Sequence record: PZ179883.1
DNA: 64,000 nucleotides
Reading direction: 5' to 3' (one strand)
Source of the DNA: a phage
Shown: one piece after another, positions 45,305-57,248 of the stretch
Numbering within the stretch: position 1 is the first letter of the stretch
Layout: each line of letters opens with the position of its first letter
Translations under genes and position numbers: made by a program
The notes under the pieces: model-generated
What the model was told of the DNA's origin: nothing
The model's database searches: none
The model's input: the letters and a program-made list of their open reading frames with translations, nothing else

Positions 45305-45895
45305 ATGCTCTTTACATTTTTTGATCCGATTGAATATGCGGCCAAAACGGTGAATAAAAACGCGCCGACTATTCCTATGACAGATATTTTTAGAAACTAT
45401 AAAGACTATTTTAAACGCGCTCTTGCGGGATACCGCTTACGTACTTATTATATCAAAGGTTCACCACGCCCGGAAGAATTAGCAAATACTATATATGGAA
45501 ATCCACAGTTGTATTGGGTTTTATTGATGTGTAATGATAATTATGACCCGTATTATGGATGGATTACTTCACAAGAAGCAGCTTATCAAGCATCTATACA
45601 AAAATACAAAAATGTAGGTGGAGACCAAATAGTATATCATGTGAATGAGAACGGTGAAAAATTTTATAATTTAATATCATACGATGATAATCCATATGTT
45701 TGGTATGATAAAGGTGATAAAGCTAGAAAATATCCTCAATATGAAGGAGCACTTGCTGCTGTTAATACGTATGAAGATGCTGTTATTGAAAATGAAAAAC
45801 TTCGTCAAATAAAAATAATAGCAAAATCAGACATCAATTCATTTATGAACGACCTTATACGTATAATGGAGAAATCTTATGGAAATGATAAGTAA
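45305..45895 (+). CDS. 53: baseplate wedge protein gp53
   Basis: 196 aa; AGGAGG RBS; late promoter TATAAATA upstream. Confidence 0.7.
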   Translation: MLFTFFDPIEYAAKTVNKNAPTIPMTDIFRNYKDYFKRALAGYRLRTYYIKGSPRPEELANTIYGNPQLYWVLLMCNDNYDPYYGWITSQEAAYQASIQKYKNVGGDQIVYHVNENGEKFYNLISYDDNPYVWYDKGDKARKYPQYEGALAAVNTYEDAVIENEKLRQIKIIAKSDINSFMNDLIRIMEKSYGNDK

Positions 45896-47606
45896 TAACC
45901 TTAATTGGTTTGTTGGTGTTGTTGAAGATAGAATGGACCCATTAAAATTAGGTCGTGTTCGTGTTCGTGTAGTTGGTCTGCATCCACCTCAAAGAGCACA
46001 AGGCGATGTAATGGGTATTCCAACTGAAAAATTACCATGGATGTCAGTTATTCAACCTATAACTTCTGCAGCAATGTCTGGAATTGGAGGTTCTGTTACT
46101 GGACCGGTAGAAGGAACTAGAGTTTATGGTCATTTTTTAGACAAATGGAAAACTAACGGAATTGTCCTTGGCACGTATGGTGGAATAGTTCGCGAAAAAC
46201 CGAATAGACTTGAAGGATTTTCTGACCCAACTGGGCAATATCCTAGACGTTTAGGAAATGATACTAACGTATTAAACCAAGGCGGAGAAGTAGGATATGA
46301 TTCCTCTTCTAACGTTATTCAAGATAGTAACTTAGACACTGCAATAAATCCCGATGATAGACCACTATCAGAGATTCCAACCGATGATAATCCAAATATG
46401 TCAATGGCTGAAATGCTTCGCCGTGATGAAGGATTAAGACTAAAAGTTTATTGGGATACCGAAGGATATCCGACAATTGGTATTGGTCATCTTATCATGA
46501 AGCAACCAGTTCGTGATATGGCTCAAATTAATAAAGTTTTATCAAAACAAGTTGGTCGTGAAATTACTGGAAACCCAGGTTCTATTACAATGGAAGAAGC
46601 GGTAGCTTTATTTGAACGTGATTTGGCTGATATGCAACGTGACATTAAATCACATTCTAAAGTTGGCCCAGTTTGGAAAGCAGTTAATCGTTCTCGTCAA
46701 ATGGCATTAGAAAATATGGCATTTCAGATGGGTGTCGGCGGTGTAGCTAAATTTAACACAATGTTAACTGCTATGTTAGCCGGAGATTGGGAAAAAGCAT
46801 ATAAAGCTGGTCGTGATTCATTGTGGTATCAACAAACAAAAGGCCGTGCATCCCGTGTTACCATGATTATTCTTACAGGTAATTTGGAATCATACGGTAT
46901 TGAAGTGAAAACACCGGCTAGGTCTTTGTCAGCAATGGCTGCTGCTGTAACAAAGTCTTCTGATCCAGCTGACCCTCCTATTCCGAATGATTCGAGAATT
47001 TTATTTAAAGAACCTGTTTCTTCATATAAAGGTGAATATCCGTATGTTCACACAATGGAAACTGAAAGCGGTCATATTCAGGAATTTGACGATACCCCGG
47101 GACAAGAACGATACAGATTAGTCCATCCGACTGGAACATATGAGGAAGTATCACCGTCAGGAAGAAGAACAAGAAAAACTGTTGATAATTTGTATGATAT
47201 AACAAATGCTGATGGTAATTTTTTGGTAGCTGGCGATAAAAAGACTAATGTCGGTGGATCAGAAATTTATTACAACATGGATAATCGTCTTCACCAAATA
47301 GATGGAAGCAATACGATATTTGTGCGTGGCGATGAAACTAAGACAGTTGAAGGTAATGGAACTATCCTAGTCAAAGGTAATGTTACTATTGTAGTTGAAG
47401 GTAATGCTGACATTACAGTTAAAGGAGATGCTACTACTTTAGTTGAAGGAAATCAGACTAATACAGTAAATGGAAATCTTTCTTGGAAAGTTGCTGGGAC
47501 AGTTGATTGGGACGTTGGTGGTGATTGGACAGAAAAAATGGCATCTATGAGTTCTATTTCATCTGGTCAATACACAATTGATGGATCGAGGATTGACATT
47601 GGCTAA
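45879..47606 (+). CDS. 5: baseplate hub/tail lysozyme gp5
   Basis: 575 aa; internal lysozyme domain (MLRRDEGLRLKVYWDTEGYPTIGIGHL) and C-terminal VxGxxxx beta-helix repeats. Confidence 0.95.
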   Translation: MEMISNNLNWFVGVVEDRMDPLKLGRVRVRVVGLHPPQRAQGDVMGIPTEKLPWMSVIQPITSAAMSGIGGSVTGPVEGTRVYGHFLDKWKTNGIVLGTYGGIVREKPNRLEGFSDPTGQYPRRLGNDTNVLNQGGEVGYDSSSNVIQDSNLDTAINPDDRPLSEIPTDDNPNMSMAEMLRRDEGLRLKVYWDTEGYPTIGIGHLIMKQPVRDMAQINKVLSKQVGREITGNPGSITMEEAVALFERDLADMQRDIKSHSKVGPVWKAVNRSRQMALENMAFQMGVGGVAKFNTMLTAMLAGDWEKAYKAGRDSLWYQQTKGRASRVTMIILTGNLESYGIEVKTPARSLSAMAAAVTKSSDPADPPIPNDSRILFKEPVSSYKGEYPYVHTMETESGHIQEFDDTPGQERYRLVHPTGTYEEVSPSGRRTRKTVDNLYDITNADGNFLVAGDKKTNVGGSEIYYNMDNRLHQIDGSNTIFVRGDETKTVEGNGTILVKGNVTIVVEGNADITVKGDATTLVEGNQTNTVNGNLSWKVAGTVDWDVGGDWTEKMASMSSISSGQYTIDGSRIDIG

Positions 47607-47640
47607 TATACTTCCAATGAGCGCTGATTTAGGAGAATCC

Positions 47641-48135
47641 ATGGAAGGTTCTTCTATCGACGTCACCTTTACCGCTCAATTAGAAACAGGTGAAACGTTA
47701 GTATCTATAAATATAACTAGTTACGAAGAAACTCCTGGGGTTTTAGTAGAAGAAAATCGTTTATATGGAACGTATGAATCTGTATTTGGATTTGGAAATG
47801 ATGCGTTGAAATATCGTTTAGATAATGAATTTAAAACCGCTGCTTCATGGGAAGACCTTCCAACTGATTCTAATACTCAGTTATATTTATGGAAAGCTCC
47901 TCAAAACCTTCAGAAGACATTCACTTACGAAGTAACATTAATATATGACTACCAAGAACAAGGTGAATCTGGAGGTTCTGGCAGTAATTCTAGGTCATCT
48001 TCTGATACTACTGAACCAACGAATCCTCCAGCTCCAATAAGAAAAACTCTTGTTAAAAATTACACAAAAACTATAGTTGGAAATTGGAGTCGTTGGGCTA
48101 ATAAATTGAGAAGCTATGTGTATGAGAGGCCATAA
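47641..48135 (+). CDS. 5.1: gp5.1-like protein (164 aa from ATG with AGGAGAA RBS)
   Basis: Track ORF 47578-48135 trimmed to the only ATG with a strong RBS. Confidence 0.5.
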
Positions 48136-48429
48136 ATGTCAGGATTAAGTTATGATAAGTGTGTTACTGCCGGCCATGAAGCATGGCCTCCAACGGTTGT
48201 GAATGCTACACAAAGTAAAGTATTCACCGGAGGAATTGCTGTTCTTGTAGCAGGCGATCCAATTACAGAACATACAGAAATTAAAAAGCCATATGAAACA
48301 CATGGCGGAGTGACACAACCTAGAACTTCTAAGGTATATGTCACTGGAAAGAAAGCTGTTCAAATGGCTGATCCAATATCATGCGGTGATACTGTGGCTC
48401 AGGCATCATCTAAAGTATTCATTAAATAG
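48136..48429 (+). CDS. 5.4: PAAR-like baseplate spike tip protein gp5.4
   Basis: 97 aa, position immediately before gene 6. Confidence 0.65.
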
Positions 48430-48437
48430 GATTTAAA

Positions 48438-50420
48438 ATGGCAAATACCCCTGTAAATTATCAATTAACAAGAACAGCAAATGCTATTCCCGAGATATTC
48501 GTCGGGGGTACGTTTGCTGAAATAAAACAAAACCTCATTGAATGGCTTAATGGCCAAAATGAATTTTTGGATTATGATTTTGAAGGCTCAAGATTAAACG
48601 TTCTGTGTGACCTTTTGGCTTATAATACGCTGTACATTCAGCAGTTTGGTAATGCTGCTGTGTATGAAAGCTTTATGCGTACTGCTAACTTACGTAGTTC
48701 AGTAGTTCAAGCGGCACAAGATAATGGATATTTACCTACTTCAAAATCAGCTGCTCAAACTGAAATTATGCTAACTTGTACAGACGCATTGAATAGAAAT
48801 TACATTACTATTCCTCGTGGTACTCGCTTTTTAGCATATGCAAAAGATACTTCAGTTAATCCTTACAACTTTGTATCTACTGAAGATGTTATTGCTATTC
48901 GTGATAAAAATAACCAATATTTTCCACGTTTAAAATTGGCCCAGGGACGTATAGTAAGAACTGAAATCATTTATGATAAATTAACACCTATTATCATTTA
49001 TGACAAAAATATTGATAGAAACCAGGTTAAACTATATGTTGATGGAGCAGAATGGATTAACTGGACAAGAAAGTCAATGGTTCATGCTGGTTCTACATCA
49101 ACAATTTACTACATGCGTGAAACTATTGATGGAAATACTGAGTTTTATTTTGGTGAAGGCGAGATTTCTGTTAATGCGGCAGAAGGAGCATTGACTGCTA
49201 ATTATATTGGAGGTCTTAAACCTACCCAGAACTCTACGATTGTTATTGAGTACATCAGTACTAACGGTGCAGATGCGAATGGTGCAGTCGGATTTTCATA
49301 CGCAGATACATTAACAAATATAACTGTCATCAATATTAATGAAAACCCAAACGATGACCCAGATTTTGTTGGGGCAGATGGCGGCGGCGATCCAGAAGAT
49401 ATTGAACGTATTCGCGAATTGGGTACTATTAAACGCGAAACCCAGCAACGCTGCGTAACTGCGACTGACTATGATACATTCGTTTCAGAGAGATTTGGTT
49501 CTATTATTCAAGCCGTTCAGACTTTCACTGATTCTACTAAACCTGGTTATGCATTTATTGCTGCTAAACCTAAATCAGGATTGTATTTAACTACTGTGCA
49601 GCGTGAAGATATTAAAAATTATCTCAAAGATTATAATTTAGCTCCTATTACGCCATCAATTATTTCTCCTAATTATCTTTTTGTTAAGACTAATTTAAAA
49701 GTCACATATGCTTTAAATAAGCTGCAAGAATCAGAACAGTGGCTAGAAGGTCAAATAATTGATAAAATTGATCGTTATTATACCGAAGATGTAGAAATTT
49801 TTAACTCATCTTTCGCTAAATCTAAGATGTTGACATATGTAGATGATGCAGATCATTCTATCATTGGCTCATCCGCGACAATTCAAATGGTACGTGAAGT
49901 ACAAAACTTCTATAAAACGCCTGAAGCGGGTATTAAATACAATAATCAAATAAAAGATCGTTCTATGGAATCTAATACGTTTTCATTTAATTCTGGACGA
50001 AAAGTTGTAAATCCTGATACTGGTTTAGAAGAAGATGTATTATATGACGTTCGTATAGTATCAACAGACCGAGATTCTAAAGGAATTGGCAAAGTTATTA
50101 TTGGTCCATTTGCTTCTGGCGATGTTACAGAAAATAAAAACATTCGTCCATACACGGGCAACGATTTTAATAAATTAGCAAATTCTAGTGGACGCGACAA
50201 ATACTATGTTATCGGTGAAATAAATTATCCAGCTGATATGATTTATTGGAATATCGCTAAAATTAATTTAACATCCGATAAATTTGAGGTTCAGACTATT
50301 GAACTATATTCTGACCCAATAGACGATGTTATTTTCACACGTGATGGTTCACTGATTGTATTTGAAAATGATTTACGCCCGCAATACTTAACTATCGATT
50401 TGGAGCCTATATCACAATGA
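48438..50420 (+). CDS. 6: baseplate wedge protein gp6
   Basis: 660 aa, T4 order 5-6-7-8. Confidence 0.85.
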   Translation: MANTPVNYQLTRTANAIPEIFVGGTFAEIKQNLIEWLNGQNEFLDYDFEGSRLNVLCDLLAYNTLYIQQFGNAAVYESFMRTANLRSSVVQAAQDNGYLPTSKSAAQTEIMLTCTDALNRNYITIPRGTRFLAYAKDTSVNPYNFVSTEDVIAIRDKNNQYFPRLKLAQGRIVRTEIIYDKLTPIIIYDKNIDRNQVKLYVDGAEWINWTRKSMVHAGSTSTIYYMRETIDGNTEFYFGEGEISVNAAEGALTANYIGGLKPTQNSTIVIEYISTNGADANGAVGFSYADTLTNITVININENPNDDPDFVGADGGGDPEDIERIRELGTIKRETQQRCVTATDYDTFVSERFGSIIQAVQTFTDSTKPGYAFIAAKPKSGLYLTTVQREDIKNYLKDYNLAPITPSIISPNYLFVKTNLKVTYALNKLQESEQWLEGQIIDKIDRYYTEDVEIFNSSFAKSKMLTYVDDADHSIIGSSATIQMVREVQNFYKTPEAGIKYNNQIKDRSMESNTFSFNSGRKVVNPDTGLEEDVLYDVRIVSTDRDSKGIGKVIIGPFASGDVTENKNIRPYTGNDFNKLANSSGRDKYYVIGEINYPADMIYWNIAKINLTSDKFEVQTIELYSDPIDDVIFTRDGSLIVFENDLRPQYLTIDLEPISQ

Positions 50421-53400
50421 CAGTAAAAGCACCTTCAGTCACTAGTCTCAGAATTTCCAAGTTATCCGCAAATCAGGTGCAAGTACGCTGGGATGACGTT
50501 GGTGCTAATTTCTACTATTTTGTAGAAATCGCTGAGACAAAAACAAACTCGGGGGAAAATCTCCCGAGCAATCAATACCGATGGATTAACTTAGGATATA
50601 CTGCAAATAACAGCTTCTTTTTTGATAATGCTAATCCATTGACATCGTACATTATTAGAGTAGCTACAGCTGCACAGGATTTTGAGCAGTCTGATTGGAT
50701 TTATACCGAAGAGTTTGAAACTTTTGCTACAAACGCTTATACATTTCAAAACATGATTGAAATGCAATTAGCTAATAAATTCATTCAGGAAAAATTTACT
50801 CTTAATAATTCTGACTATGTTAATTTTAATAATGATACTATAATGGCTGCATTGATGAATGAATCATTCCAATTCAGCCCATCATATGCTGATGTTTCAT
50901 CAATAAGTAATTTTATTATTGGTGAAAATGAGTATCATGAAATACAGGGTTCTATTCAGCAAGTATGTAAGGATATTAACCGAGTTTATTTGATGGAATC
51001 AGAAGGGATTCTATACCTTTTTGAGCGTTATCAACCTGTAGTTAAAGTATCCAATGATAAAGGACAAACTTGGAAAGCTGTAAAGCTCTTCAATGACCGC
51101 GTAGGATATCCTTTGTCTAAGACAGTATATTACCAATCTGCGAACACAACATACGTTCTAGGATACGACAAGATTTTCTATGGCCGCAAATCGACTGATG
51201 TTAGATGGTCAGCTGACGATGTCAGATTTAGTTCTCAGGATATAACATTTGCTAAACTTGGAGATCAACTTCATTTGGGATTTGATGTTGAAATATTTGG
51301 TACTTATGCTACATTACCAGCGAATGTATACCGCATTGCAGAAGCTATTACTTGCACCGATGATTACATTTATGTTGCCGCCAGAGACAAAGTTAGATAC
51401 ATAAAAACAAGCAATGCACCCATAGATTCTGATCCATTATCTCCAACATATTCGGAAAGGCTTTTTGAACCTGATACAATGACTATAACCGGAAATCCTA
51501 AAGCAGTATGCTATAAAATGGATTCTATCGGTGATAAAGTTTTTGCTCTTATTATTGGTGAAGTTGAAACATTAAATGCTAATCCTAGAACATCAAAAAT
51601 AATTGATTCTGCTGATAAAGGAATATATGTTTTAAATCATGACACAAAAACATGGAAAAGAGTTTTTGGCAACACTGAAGAAGAAAGAAGACGTATTCAA
51701 CCAGGGTATGCGAATATGTCAACTGATGGTAAATTAGTTTCTCTATCATCGAGCAATTTTAAATTTTTAAGTGATAATGTTGTTAATGACCCTGAAACTG
51801 CAGTAAAATATCAGTTAATCGGTGCTGTTAAATATGAATTTCCTCGTGAATGGTTAGCTGATAAGCATTATCATATGATGGCATTTATAGCAGATGAAAA
51901 GTCTGATTGGGAAACTTTTACTCCTCAGCCGATGAAATACTATGCAGAACCATTCTTTAACTGGTCTAAAAAATCTAACACACGTTGTTGGATAAACAAC
52001 TCTAATAGGGCTGTGGTAGTTTATGCAGATTTAAAATATACTAAAGTTATTGAAAATTTTCCAGAAACATCGCCAGATAGATTAGTTCATGAATACTGGG
52101 ATGACGGCGATTGCACTATAGTAATGCCAAACGTTAAATTCACGGGATTTAAAAAATATGCGTCTGGGATGCTTTTTTATAAATCCTCTGGTGAAATAAT
52201 TTCTTATTATGATTTTAACTATCGAGTGAGAGACACGGTTGAAATAATTTGGAAGCCAACTGGAATATTTTTAAAAGCATTTTTACAAAACCAAGAGCAT
52301 GAAACCCCTTGGTCGCCTGAAGAAGAGCGTGGATTAGCTGACCCTGATTTAAGACCATTGATTGGCACAATGATGCCTGATTCTTATTTGTTACAGGATT
52401 CGAATTTTGAGGCATTTTGCGAAGCATATATTCAGTATCTTTCTGATGGATATGGAACCCAGTATAATAATTTACGAAATTTAATTCGTAACAAATATCC
52501 ACGAGAAGAGCATGCATGGGAATATTTGTGGTCAGAGATATATAAAAGAAACATTTATTTAAATGCTGACAAACGTGATGCTGTTGCAAGATTTTTTGAA
52601 TCACGTAGCTATGATTTTTATTCTACTAAAGGAATTGAAGCATCATACAAATTTCTTTTTAAAGTTCTTTATAATGAAGAAGTTGAAATTGAAATTGAAT
52701 CTGGTGCTGGTACTGAATACGATATAATCGTTCAATCTGATTCTTTAACTGAAGATTTGGTAGGACAAACGATTTATACAGCCACAGGAAGATGTAATGT
52801 TACTTATATAGAAAGAAGTTATTCTAATGGTAAATTGCAATGGACCGTAACTATTCATAATCTTTTGGGAAGATTAATTGCTGGTCAAGAAGTTAAAGCA
52901 GAAAGACTTCCGAGTTTTGAAGGCGAAATTATTCGTGGTGTTAAAGGAAAGGATTTGCTTCAAAATAATATAGACTATATTAATAGAAGCCGATCATATT
53001 ATGTAATGAAAATTAAATCCAATTTACCTTCTTCTCGCTGGAAATCTGACGTTATTCGTTTTGTTCATCCAGTAGGATTTGGATTTATAGCAATTACCCT
53101 TTTAACGATGTTTATTAATGTTGGTTTAACTCTTAAACACACAGAGACTATAATTAATAAATACAAAAACTACAAATGGGATTCTGGATTGCCTACTGAA
53201 TATGCTGATAGAGTAGCTAAATTAACTCCAACTGGCGAAATTGAACATGATTCAGTGACAGGAGAAGCAATTTATGAACCTGGCCCAATGGCTGGTGTAA
53301 AATATCCTCTTCCTGATGACTATAATGCTGAAAATAGTAATTCAATATTTCAAGGTCAATTGCCTTCTGAACGACGCAAGTTAATGAGTCCTCTATTTGA

Positions 53401-53515
53401 CGCATCTGGAACAACATTTGCACAGTTTAGGGATTTAGTTAATAAACGTCTAAAAGATAATATAGGAAATCCAAGAGACCCTGAAAATCCAACACAGGTT
53501 AAAATAGATGAATGA
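50417..53515 (+). CDS. 7: baseplate wedge protein gp7
   Basis: 1032 aa, overlaps gp6 stop. Confidence 0.85.
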   Translation: MTVKAPSVTSLRISKLSANQVQVRWDDVGANFYYFVEIAETKTNSGENLPSNQYRWINLGYTANNSFFFDNANPLTSYIIRVATAAQDFEQSDWIYTEEFETFATNAYTFQNMIEMQLANKFIQEKFTLNNSDYVNFNNDTIMAALMNESFQFSPSYADVSSISNFIIGENEYHEIQGSIQQVCKDINRVYLMESEGILYLFERYQPVVKVSNDKGQTWKAVKLFNDRVGYPLSKTVYYQSANTTYVLGYDKIFYGRKSTDVRWSADDVRFSSQDITFAKLGDQLHLGFDVEIFGTYATLPANVYRIAEAITCTDDYIYVAARDKVRYIKTSNAPIDSDPLSPTYSERLFEPDTMTITGNPKAVCYKMDSIGDKVFALIIGEVETLNANPRTSKIIDSADKGIYVLNHDTKTWKRVFGNTEEERRRIQPGYANMSTDGKLVSLSSSNFKFLSDNVVNDPETAVKYQLIGAVKYEFPREWLADKHYHMMAFIADEKSDWETFTPQPMKYYAEPFFNWSKKSNTRCWINNSNRAVVVYADLKYTKVIENFPETSPDRLVHEYWDDGDCTIVMPNVKFTGFKKYASGMLFYKSSGEIISYYDFNYRVRDTVEIIWKPTGIFLKAFLQNQEHETPWSPEEERGLADPDLRPLIGTMMPDSYLLQDSNFEAFCEAYIQYLSDGYGTQYNNLRNLIRNKYPREEHAWEYLWSEIYKRNIYLNADKRDAVARFFESRSYDFYSTKGIEASYKFLFKVLYNEEVEIEIESGAGTEYDIIVQSDSLTEDLVGQTIYTATGRCNVTYIERSYSNGKLQWTVTIHNLLGRLIAGQEVKAERLPSFEGEIIRGVKGKDLLQNNIDYINRSRSYYVMKIKSNLPSSRWKSDVIRFVHPVGFGFIAITLLTMFINVGLTLKHTETIINKYKNYKWDSGLPTEYADRVAKLTPTGEIEHDSVTGEAIYEPGPMAGVKYPLPDDYNAENSNSIFQGQLPSERRKLMSPLFDASGTTFAQFRDLVNKRLKDNIGNPRDPENPTQVKIDE

Positions 53516-54512
53516 TTCAAGTGTTATCTATCGTGCGATAGTTACTTCAAAATTTAGAACAGAAAAAATGTTGAATTTTTATAATTCAATTGGGAGTGGT
53601 CCGGATAAAAACACTATCTTTATCACATTTGGAAGATCAGAACCGTGGTCATCAAATGAAAATGAGGTGGGCTTTGCTCCACCTTATCCAACTGATTCTG
53701 TATTGGGTGTAACTGACATGTGGACTCATATGATGGGAACCGTAAAGGTTCTTCCATCTATGCTTGATGCGGTTATTCCTCGTAGAGATTGGGGAGATAC
53801 TAGATATCCGGATCCATACACATTTAGAATTAACGATATTGTAGTATGTAACTCAGCTCCTTACAATGCTACTGAATCAGGCGCAGGATGGCTAGTATAT
53901 CGTTGTTTAGATGTTCCTGACACAGGAACATGCTCAATAACATCTTTGACTGACAAGGATGAATGTATTAAGTTAGGTGGAAAATGGACTCCTTCTGTTA
54001 GGTCAATGACTCCTCCTGAAGGTCGAGGAGACGCGGAAGGAACAATCGAACCTGGAGACGGATATGTTTGGGAATATCTTTTTGAGATTCCGCCTGATGT
54101 ATCTATAAATAGATGCACAAATGAATATATCGTAGTTCCTTGGCCTGAGGAATTAAAAGAAGACCCAACTAGATGGGGGTATGAAGATAATCTCACTTGG
54201 CAACAAGATGATTTTGGATTAATTTACCGTGTTAAGGCAAATACTATCCGTTTTAAAGCATATTTAGATTCAGTTTATTTTCCTGATGCTGCATTGCCAG
54301 GAAATAAAGGATTTAGACAAATATCGATAATCACGAATCCTCTTGAAGCTAAAGTTCATCCAAATGACCCAAACGTTAAAGCTGAAAAGGATTACTATGA
54401 TCCGGAAGATTTAATGAGGCATTCGGGCGAAATGATTTATATGGAAAATAGGCCACCTATTATCATGGCAATGGATCAAACAGAAGAAATCAATATTCTG
54501 TTTACATTTTAA
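53508..54512 (+). CDS. 8: baseplate wedge protein gp8
   Basis: 334 aa. Confidence 0.85.
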   Translation: MNDSSVIYRAIVTSKFRTEKMLNFYNSIGSGPDKNTIFITFGRSEPWSSNENEVGFAPPYPTDSVLGVTDMWTHMMGTVKVLPSMLDAVIPRRDWGDTRYPDPYTFRINDIVVCNSAPYNATESGAGWLVYRCLDVPDTGTCSITSLTDKDECIKLGGKWTPSVRSMTPPEGRGDAEGTIEPGDGYVWEYLFEIPPDVSINRCTNEYIVVPWPEELKEDPTRWGYEDNLTWQQDDFGLIYRVKANTIRFKAYLDSVYFPDAALPGNKGFRQISIITNPLEAKVHPNDPNVKAEKDYYDPEDLMRHSGEMIYMENRPPIIMAMDQTEEINILFTF

Positions 54513-54515
54513 ATT

Positions 54516-54545
54516 AAGGGAGCCTATGGGCTCCCTTTTTTCTTT
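54516..54545 (+). terminator. intrinsic terminator after gene 8
   Basis: AAGGGAGCC-UAUG-GGCUCCCUU followed by UUUUUUCUUU. Confidence 0.7.
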
Positions 54546-54552
54546 ATAAATA
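54545..54552 (+). promoter_or_regulatory. late promoter box TATAAATA for gene 9
   Basis: TATAAATA 25 nt upstream of gp9 ATG, directly after terminator 54516-54545. Confidence 0.6.
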
Positions 54553-54576
54553 CTATAAACTCATAAGGAAACCGCT

Positions 54577-55443
54577 ATGTTCATTCAAGAACCAAAGAAA
54601 TTGATTGATACCGGCGAAATTGGTAACGCTTCTACTGGTGATATCTTATTCGACGGTGGTAATAAAATTAATAGTGATTTTAACGCAATTTATAATGCGT
54701 TTGGCGATCAGCGCAAAATGGCAGTAGCAAATGGCACTGGTGCTGACGGCCAAATTATCCATGCTACTGGATATTATCAAAAGCATTCTATCATAGAGTA
54801 CGCAACTCCGGTGAAAGTTGGTACTAGACATGATATTGATACCTCTACTGTAGGTGTTAAAGTTATCATTGAAAGAGGCGAACTTGGCGACTGCGTTGAA
54901 TTTATTAACTCAAATGGATCAATATCAGTTACTAATCCTTTAACGATTCAAGCTATTGATTCAATTAAAGGTGTTTCGGGTAATTTGGTAGTAACTAGCC
55001 CATATAGTAAAGTTACTTTACGTTGTATTTCATCTGATAATTCTACGTCAGTTTGGAATTATTCTATTGAAAGTATGTTTGGCCAAAAAGAATCACCGGC
55101 CGAAGGTACATGGAATATTTCTACATCTGGGTCAGTTGACATTCCATTGTTTCATCGTACTGAATATAACATGGCTAAATTGTTAGTTACGTGCCAATCG
55201 ATAGATGGAAGAAAAATTAAAACGGCAGAAATAAATATTCTTGTAGATACTGTTAATTCAGCGGTCATTTCTTCTGAATATGCTGTCATGCGAGTTGGGA
55301 ATGAAACCGAAGAAGACGAAATCGCTAATATTGCATTTAGTATTAAAGAAAATTATGTAACGGCGACTATAAGTTCTTCAACTGTCGGTATGAGAGCAGC
55401 AGTTAAAGTTATCGCTACGCAGAAAATCGGGGTGGCTCAATAA
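54577..55443 (+). CDS. 9: baseplate long-tail-fibre socket protein gp9
   Basis: 288 aa; late promoter and RBS upstream. Confidence 0.85.
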   Translation: MFIQEPKKLIDTGEIGNASTGDILFDGGNKINSDFNAIYNAFGDQRKMAVANGTGADGQIIHATGYYQKHSIIEYATPVKVGTRHDIDTSTVGVKVIIERGELGDCVEFINSNGSISVTNPLTIQAIDSIKGVSGNLVVTSPYSKVTLRCISSDNSTSVWNYSIESMFGQKESPAEGTWNISTSGSVDIPLFHRTEYNMAKLLVTCQSIDGRKIKTAEINILVDTVNSAVISSEYAVMRVGNETEEDEIANIAFSIKENYVTATISSSTVGMRAAVKVIATQKIGVAQ

Positions 55444-57248
55444 TGAAACAAAATATTAATATCGGTAATGTTGTTGATGATGGTACTGGTGACTACCTGC
55501 GTAAAGGTGGTATAAAAATAAATGAAAACTTTGATGAACTTTATTATGAACTTGGTGATGGAGATGTTCCATATTCAGCCGGTGCCTGGAAAACTTATAA
55601 TGCTTCATCTGGACAAACACTAACGGCAGAATGGGGAAAATCATATGCCATTAATACTTCGTCTGGAAGAGTAACTCTACAACTTCCTAAAGGAACTGTT
55701 AATGATTACAACAAGGTAATTAGAGCTAGAGACGTATTCGCTACATGGAACATCAATCCAGTTACTTTAGTAGCTGCTTCCGGAGATACAATTAAAGGGT
55801 CGTCATCATCGGTTGAAATTAATGTTCAATTTAGTGATTTAGAGTTAGTTTATTGCGCTCCAGGACGTTGGGAATATGTCAAAAACAAACAAATTGACAA
55901 AATTGTTAGTTCAGATATTAGTAACGTAGCTCGCAAAGAATTTTTAGTTGAAGTTCAAGGACAAACTGACTTTTTAGATGTTTTCAATGGAACTAGTTAT
56001 AATGTTAATAACATAAGAGTGAAGCATCGTGGTAACGAATTATATTACGGTGATGTATTTAGTGAAAATAGCGACTTTGGCTCTCCAGGGGAAAATGAAG
56101 GCGAATTAGTTCCTCTTGATGGATTTAATATTCGATTAAGACAGCCATGTAATATTGGTGACACCGTTCAAATTGAAACATTTATGGATGGTGTATCACA
56201 ATGGAGAAGTTCATATACAAGACGCCAAATAAAAGTACTAGATTCAAAACTAACATCAAAGACTTCATTAGAAGGAAGTATTTACGTTACTGATTTATCA
56301 ACGATGAAATCAATTCCATTTTCCGCTTTTGGATTAATTCCTGGTGAACCTATTAATCCTAATTCTCTTGAGGTTCGTTTTAATGGAATTTTACAGCAGC
56401 AGGCTGGAACAGCTGGATATCCTCTGTTTTTGTGTGAAGGCGCTAATTCAGATACGCAAGAAGGATGTATATCTCTTGGCGGCGAATGGAAAGAATCAAA
56501 CACGGATTATTCTATAGAATATGAAGACGGAAAACCTATCAGTCTTTTATTTGATAGAAAATTTGAATCCGGCGACATTATCGTTATAACATGGTTCAAT
56601 AACGATTTAGGAACTCTTTTAGAAAAAGATGACATTATTGAATTAACAGATGACCGTTATGTTAGCAAAGGATCATCTACTGAAGTTACTGGTGATGTGG
56701 CCTTAACAGATTTTGATAAAATCGGCTGGCCAAATGTTGAAAAAGTTGATTCTTATACTAGAACGTATAATTCAATATCATCTATTTTCGATAGCATTTA
56801 TCCTGTAGGTTCAATTTATGAAAATGCTATAAATCCAAATAATCCGGTGACTTATATGGGATTTGGTTCATGGAAATTATTTGGCAAAGGACAAGTTTTA
56901 GTAGGATGGAATGATGATGTTACGGATCCAAACTTTGCTTTAAACAATAATGATTTAGATTCTAGCGGAAATCCTTCACATACTGCCGGTGGAACAGTTG
57001 GAACAACAACAGTGACACTTGAGAATGCAAATCTTCCTGCAACTAAAACCGACGAAAGAGTTTTAATTGAAGACGAAAATGGATCAGTTATTATTGGAGG
57101 TTGCCAATATGACCCAGATGAAACTGGTCCTATATATACAAAATATCGTGAAGACTACGCAACAACAAACTCTTCACATACTCCTCCTGCTAATATTAGT
57201 AATATTCAACCGTCTATTACTGTATACCGTTGGATAAGGATTGCATAA
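55443..57248 (+). CDS. 10: baseplate wedge/short-fibre attachment protein gp10
   Basis: 601 aa; start overlaps gp9 stop. Confidence 0.85.
   Translation: MKQNINIGNVVDDGTGDYLRKGGIKINENFDELYYELGDGDVPYSAGAWKTYNASSGQTLTAEWGKSYAINTSSGRVTLQLPKGTVNDYNKVIRARDVFATWNINPVTLVAASGDTIKGSSSSVEINVQFSDLELVYCAPGRWEYVKNKQIDKIVSSDISNVARKEFLVEVQGQTDFLDVFNGTSYNVNNIRVKHRGNELYYGDVFSENSDFGSPGENEGELVPLDGFNIRLRQPCNIGDTVQIETFMDGVSQWRSSYTRRQIKVLDSKLTSKTSLEGSIYVTDLSTMKSIPFSAFGLIPGEPINPNSLEVRFNGILQQQAGTAGYPLFLCEGANSDTQEGCISLGGEWKESNTDYSIEYEDGKPISLLFDRKFESGDIIVITWFNNDLGTLLEKDDIIELTDDRYVSKGSSTEVTGDVALTDFDKIGWPNVEKVDSYTRTYNSISSIFDSIYPVGSIYENAINPNNPVTYMGFGSWKLFGKGQVLVGWNDDVTDPNFALNNNDLDSSGNPSHTAGGTVGTTTVTLENANLPATKTDERVLIEDENGSVIIGGCQYDPDETGPIYTKYREDYATTNSSHTPPANISNIQPSITVYRWIRIA

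Noticed and set aside
47005-56503. Minus-strand ORFs inside the late structural genes (47005-47205, 48145-48363, 49946-50200, 52215-52604, 53217-53423, 53861-54196, 54646-54831, 55456-55644, 56282-56503, 57505-57783)
   Set aside because: Antisense to long plus-strand structural genes 5 to 11; no independent support
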